The notes beneath the pieces are model-generated. The model was not told where the DNA came from, ran no database searches, and saw only the letters and a list, made by a program, of their open reading frames with translations. This document shows, in pieces, positions 59,787 through 64,000 of a DNA stretch of 64,000 nt. The stretch lies in assembly GCA_963796455.1 (NCBI GenBank), contig CAWCLO010000003.1, forward strand, positions 256,001 to 320,000. The letters are read 5' to 3'. The translations under genes and the position numbers were made by a program. How positions within the stretch are numbered: position 1 is the first letter of the stretch; every line of letters starts with the position of its first letter. The DNA is from Candidatus Sulfomarinibacteraceae bacterium (lineage in GTDB: Bacteria; Acidobacteriota; Thermoanaerobaculia; Thermoanaerobaculales; Sulfomarinibacteraceae).

Positions 59787-60203
59787 GTGGCAAAGAAAGC
59801 GCAACTCACGTCACCGCAGGTGGCCGCCATCGGCAGCCGCATGCGAGAGTTGCGCAAGGAGCGCGGCCTGACTCAGGCCGAGCTGGCGCGCCAGATTGGC
59901 ATCCAACAGTCCGACCTGTCGCGAATGGAGAAGGGTGAATACCGGGTCTCGCTGGACAATCTCTTCAGGATCCTCGGGGTATTCAACCTCGATCTTGCGG
60001 ATTTCTTCGGCGACAAACCGAGTGCTACCGAGTCGCTGCAGCAACCTCTCAGCCAGCAGGATATGCAGACCCTGCACATGCTGCGGGAGCTCAGCCCGGC
60101 CGGCCGGGCCGAAGTCCAGGAGTTCCTGGAATTCAAACTGCGCCGGGAACGGCAGGAACGACGCACGATCCCGGCCCGACGCTCCGGAGACCAAAGCTCA
60201 TGA
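59787..60203 (+). CDS. XRE-family helix-turn-helix regulator
   Basis: LRKERGLTQAELARQIGIQQSDLSRMEKG. Confidence 0.92.
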   Translation: MAKKAQLTSPQVAAIGSRMRELRKERGLTQAELARQIGIQQSDLSRMEKGEYRVSLDNLFRILGVFNLDLADFFGDKPSATESLQQPLSQQDMQTLHMLRELSPAGRAEVQEFLEFKLRRERQERRTIPARRSGDQSS

Positions 60204-61102
60204 GTGCGCACTACGACGATCTGCTGACGCGCGCGGAGCAGGCCCTCGGGCGTGACGAATTTGAAGAATCCGCGAAGCTTTTCGCCGAGGCCGAGTCCGA
60301 GGCCCGAGCGACCGGCGATTTCGACGGCGCGGACCGCGCGTTCTGCAACCGCTGTTCGGTGCTGGTCGAGCTCGATCAGGGCGCCGATCAGATTCCCAAG
60401 CTGAAGGAAATCCTCCTTCGCTCATCCGATACCCGTAATCGCTTCCTCGCCGCCTATTGCACAGGGGTCGCGTACTACGTCTCAGAAGAATTCGACCGTG
60501 CTCAAAACTATGCTCGCCGCGCCACTTCCCTGGCGCGCGATCTCGAAGACGCCGGCCTCGAGCACAAAAGCCTCAACCTGGTGGGCACACTCGCCGCCCG
60601 CGCTTCAGTTTTTGATGAGGCCGAAGACGCCTTCAGGCGATGCCTCGAGGCCTACCGGGGGGCAGAAGGCTATCAGCGGGTCATGGCAGCGCAGGTCGAG
60701 GACAACCTCGGCTACGTGATGCTCTGCACCGATCGCCTCGAAGAGGGCATCTCCCACTGCGAGCATGCTCGAGAGGTGATGGACCAGATCGGCGCCGATC
60801 ACTTTGTTTACGAAACACTACAAGATCTTTGTTATGGATACGTCCTTGTCGACGAGCTCGATAGAGCCCAGGAGCACGGCGCGAGGGCGCTCGAGCTCGC
60901 GGTCGAGTTCTCCGACGAGCAGATCGCCAAGAACTGTTTGTTCCTGTTGAGTGAAATCGCGGTGCGACGCGGCGACACATTCGGTGCCCGCCGATACCTG
61001 CACGAGCTCACCGCGTACTACCCGGAGGCCGGAGTTTCCGAGGAGATCATCGATGTCTTCCTCGCAACCGATCTGACCTCCGTGGTGAATTTGAGGGGGT
61101 AG
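60200..61102 (+). CDS. Tetratricopeptide-repeat-like protein
   Basis: Helical repeats (SLNLVG, EDNLGY, LQDLCYGY); ATGA overlap with the XRE gene. Confidence 0.8.
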   Translation: MSAHYDDLLTRAEQALGRDEFEESAKLFAEAESEARATGDFDGADRAFCNRCSVLVELDQGADQIPKLKEILLRSSDTRNRFLAAYCTGVAYYVSEEFDRAQNYARRATSLARDLEDAGLEHKSLNLVGTLAARASVFDEAEDAFRRCLEAYRGAEGYQRVMAAQVEDNLGYVMLCTDRLEEGISHCEHAREVMDQIGADHFVYETLQDLCYGYVLVDELDRAQEHGARALELAVEFSDEQIAKNCLFLLSEIAVRRGDTFGARRYLHELTAYYPEAGVSEEIIDVFLATDLTSVVNLRG

Positions 61103-61104
61103 CG

Positions 61105-62124
61105 ATGAAGGGATTCAGATTCATTCTGATCGCCGTCATCGCGCTCGGCCTTGCCGGATCCGCCGGCGCCGCCGGGCCGATGGCGCTGACCCGTGACGGC
61201 GACCTGTATTCGGTCACCGCCCACGAGACCCGACTGGTGGTCACCGCCCGGCTGGCGGACGGCCCGGTCATCGATTTTGTCGTGCCCCAATCGGCAGCCG
61301 CGATCGCCGACTCTCTGCAGGTGGGAGTCGATGAAGCGAGCGGTTCTCTCTACGTTGTCTGGCAGACCCGAACCGGAATCCACGCAAACGTCAAACTCGC
61401 AGCCTACGTCGATGGAACCTGGATCGGTCCGGTGACGATCGGTGGTTTCGACGGCTATGCGGCCTCCAACCCGCAACTGCTGGTTCATCGCGCCACCTCA
61501 GTGGTGACTGAAGAAATGCTTGTCGGTGACCAACCCTCGTACACCGAGGTGGCCACGACCTTCCTCCACCTCGGATGGTGGAGCCAGGCCGGTGATCAGG
61601 ACAAAGGCAAAGCCCGCTATCTGGCGATTCCTCTCGAAGCCGACGGCAGCTTTTATACCGGCGATCTGCAAGCGGTCGATCTGGCTGAGCTCCTGCCCTA
61701 CGGGGTCGCGTGCTTTGACATTGATGCATCGGACAACCTCAACCATCCAAAACTCTTCATCGACCCGCAGAGCAGAAAACCGCATATATTCGTCACCGAT
61801 TATGCCGAGTGTGCGTTCCAGATCATGGAACTGCGGCCGGTCGTGATCGAAGAGATCGACGATGCGGGCGAAAAGAGACGTCGCCAGATCATCATCCTTC
61901 GTCACGGATCAACCATCGCCATGCGTCGCAATCTTCCGCTGGCCACGGCCAAGCTCGAGATCGGCACTGATCTGTCGATCGTGATGCACTGGGACGAGGG
62001 CGTCGATCAGCTGAAGTACATCCTCCTGGACAAGGACGGCACTTCCGAAACCAAGAGCCTCATGATCGACCAGCTTTTGACCCATGAAAACGCGGTCGAA
62101 TTGATCCGGGGCTTGACGAACTGA
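61105..62124 (+). CDS. Hypothetical secreted protein
   Basis: Signal peptide MKGFRFILIAVIALGLAGSAGA; starts 2 nt after the TPR stop. Confidence 0.8.
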   Translation: MKGFRFILIAVIALGLAGSAGAAGPMALTRDGDLYSVTAHETRLVVTARLADGPVIDFVVPQSAAAIADSLQVGVDEASGSLYVVWQTRTGIHANVKLAAYVDGTWIGPVTIGGFDGYAASNPQLLVHRATSVVTEEMLVGDQPSYTEVATTFLHLGWWSQAGDQDKGKARYLAIPLEADGSFYTGDLQAVDLAELLPYGVACFDIDASDNLNHPKLFIDPQSRKPHIFVTDYAECAFQIMELRPVVIEEIDDAGEKRRRQIIILRHGSTIAMRRNLPLATAKLEIGTDLSIVMHWDEGVDQLKYILLDKDGTSETKSLMIDQLLTHENAVELIRGLTN

Positions 62125-62144
62125 TTCGTTATTCTGAGAAACCC

Positions 62145-62176
62145 AAAGGCCCGCTCTTCGGAGCGGGCCTTTTTTC
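62145..62176 (+). terminator. Rho-independent terminator
   Basis: AAAGGCCCGCTC-TTCG-GAGCGGGCCTTTTTT. Confidence 0.92.
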
Positions 62177-62193
62177 TTGCAGACGCCGGCTGG

Positions 62194-63312
62194 TCAGGGA
62201 ATGACCCGACGAACCAGCCCTTCGAGCGATTCGGCATAGCCGGCCCATGTCGATTTTTCGCGCCCGGCCGTTCCAAGCGTCAACTCGTGCAATCGATTGC
62301 GGTCGAGATCTGTCATTGCGCGAGCAATCGCCGTTGCAGAGCCCGGCTGCACGATGAGTCCATCAACACCGTCCTTCACGACCTCCGGAAGACCCCCGAC
62401 GGAGGTACTCAAGACCGGGACGCCCGCGCCCAGGGCGAGCGGGGCAACCGCCGACTGCGAGCCCGACCGGTAGGGAAGCACCACGAGATCGGCGGCAGCG
62501 AGCAATCCCGCGACTTCCGGTTCGGGAACCCATCCGAATCGCAAACCGACCCGGTCTTCGAGTCCGAGCCTTTGGACCTGGGTTCTGAGTTCCTGACCAA
62601 GTGATCCCCACGGTTCACCAGCGACGACGAGCATCCAGTCACTGTCCGCCGGAAGCTGTGCCATCGCTTCAAGGAGAAGATCGACGCCCTTGTACGGCCG
62701 TAACAGCCCAAGAAAGAGCGCCACCCGTTTTCCTTCGGCGATCCCCAGGGTCGCCCGCGCCTCCTCGGGCGAGGGCATTGGACCGGGATCGATGGACGGC
62801 AAAGGGCACGAATTCGTTGGGAGACCCGGATAAATTTCCTCGAGTTGTTCCTGGAGCGCCGAAGCGTGAGTGAAAAGGGCCTGACATCGGCCGAGGACCG
62901 AACGGGCCGCCAGACGCTGGATTCGTGAGGCGTCGTGGTCGAAGGGGTTATGCACCACTGCGACCGCAGGCGGTCGCCGGCCGGCGAGCATGAAGCGCCA
63001 CAAGCCGGCCCAGGCCCAGGTCCAGTAGGGCAGGATCCACGCCTCACCGCCCAGCGCCAGGGCCCGCTTCCGACTTCCGGCCCACGACAGAGGATTCAAA
63101 GGGTCCAGCTCTGCGGTGGCAAACTCGAGGCGGCGACAGGCCTCCGGATCGCGGTCGTCCCGGCCCGGAAAAAGAAACCGGGGATATTGCCGCTTTGGAG
63201 TCAGAAAACTGACCTCATGACCACGCGCGGAAAGTGCGTCCGCCATCTCGGTGGTCGTGCGTGCGACGCCGCCCCGGTATGGATGCCCCGACCCGAAAAC
63301 GATCAGGCGCAC
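62194..63312 (-). CDS. Glycosyltransferase family 4
   Basis: HPYRGGVA, GLLRPYKG and LPYRSGSQS motifs. Confidence 0.92.
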   Translation of the reverse strand: MRLIVFGSGHPYRGGVARTTTEMADALSARGHEVSFLTPKRQYPRFLFPGRDDRDPEACRRLEFATAELDPLNPLSWAGSRKRALALGGEAWILPYWTWAWAGLWRFMLAGRRPPAVAVVHNPFDHDASRIQRLAARSVLGRCQALFTHASALQEQLEEIYPGLPTNSCPLPSIDPGPMPSPEEARATLGIAEGKRVALFLGLLRPYKGVDLLLEAMAQLPADSDWMLVVAGEPWGSLGQELRTQVQRLGLEDRVGLRFGWVPEPEVAGLLAAADLVVLPYRSGSQSAVAPLALGAGVPVLSTSVGGLPEVVKDGVDGLIVQPGSATAIARAMTDLDRNRLHELTLGTAGREKSTWAGYAESLEGLVRRVIP

Positions 63313-63321
63313 GGCACAGCC

Positions 63322-63837
63322 TCAACTGGTCGGGGGATGGGTCACCTTGCGAAATCGTTTCTCGAGCTGCAGGCGAACCGGGTCCGGAACCAGCCCGGTC
63401 ACATCACCACCGAGCACCACCACCTCGCGGACCAGCCTCGAGGAGAGGTAGAGGACCTCCTCCTTGGGGGTCAGAAAGACCGTCTCGATCGTCGGGGAGA
63501 GACGCCGGTTCATCAGCGCCATCTGAAATTCGTACTCGAAATCCGAGACTGCGCGCATACCGCGAATGATGATGGTGGCGTCCATCTCGTCGAGAAAATT
63601 GACCAACAGACCGGAAAAGGACCGGACTTCGACGGCCGGGTCGTCGTGGTAGATCTCTTCAATCATCTCCGCCCGTTCGGACGGCGTGAACATGGCGTCT
63701 TTGCCAGCGTTCTGGAGGACACCGACGATCACCCGCGGAAAAATCCGGGTCGCCCGTTCGACAATCGCCACGTGCCCGACGTGGAATGGGTCGAAAGAAC
63801 CGGGATAGACGGCAAGCGGTTCGTGTTTTTCAGTCAT
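63322..63837 (-). CDS. coaD: Phosphopantetheine adenylyltransferase
   Basis: YPGSFDPFHVGH, RGMRAVSDFEYE and LSSRLVRE motifs. Confidence 0.96.
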   Translation of the reverse strand: MTEKHEPLAVYPGSFDPFHVGHVAIVERATRIFPRVIVGVLQNAGKDAMFTPSERAEMIEEIYHDDPAVEVRSFSGLLVNFLDEMDATIIIRGMRAVSDFEYEFQMALMNRRLSPTIETVFLTPKEEVLYLSSRLVREVVVLGGDVTGLVPDPVRLQLEKRFRKVTHPPTS

Positions 63838-63884
63838 CGCGGGGATTGTAGCACCCGGCTTCACCCTGTGGGCTGCGCCGCTCG

Positions 63885-64000
63885 CTCGATGCTGGATGCT
63901 GGATGCAAGATGCTGGATTTCGAATCACTCTTCTCCAAGACATTGTCCCCGGACGGCATCCAGGGACGCCGACGGGGAACGGCGGACAGCGACAGCGAAC
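63885..64000 (-). mobile_element. Right end of a further modular element (truncated by the window)
   Basis: (GATGCTG)n, then hairpin 63933-63953, CAGGGAC and GGACAGCGACAGCGAAC, in the same order as 2120-2275. Confidence 0.6.

Overview
A GC-rich (roughly 60-65%) bacterial chromosomal window. The surface-protein families suggest Acidobacteriota, class Thermoanaerobaculia, but that is inference only. The left third holds housekeeping and metabolic genes: a Rieske-TPP enzyme, ddl, maeB, folE, rfbD, an rmd/gmd-like gene, a very divergent GlpX-like gene, tyrA, an aminotransferase and a C1 peptidase. From about 27 to 63 kb lies a large cell-surface glycosylation region: about 11 soluble GT2/GT4 genes, two priming polyprenyl glycosylphosphotransferases, a GT-C-like membrane protein (a second lies at 20-21.6 kb), an unpaired Wzm, a probable S-layer gene, a ~1800-aa PKD/BACON protein and a divergent XRE-TPR-secreted protein operon, ending at coaD. 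The most unusual signal is intergenic. A family of modular elements shares a left-end motif (CCGAATTGCAGCGGCAGCGACAGT), a right-end 9-3-9 hairpin (GTCCGAGAC-nnn-GTCTTGGAC) and CAGCG-rich inverted flanks. Its copies carry different cargo: a four-helix-bundle (23S-IVS/Avd-like) gene whose RBS is covered by a 20-bp anti-SD stem (2 copies), a REP-like hairpin doublet (2 copies), or a long palindrome (1 copy); a sixth copy starts at the window edge. No transposase, recombinase, reverse transcriptase, CRISPR array, rRNA or tRNA was seen. Start codons were refined by eye, and product names come from motif recognition, not database searches.
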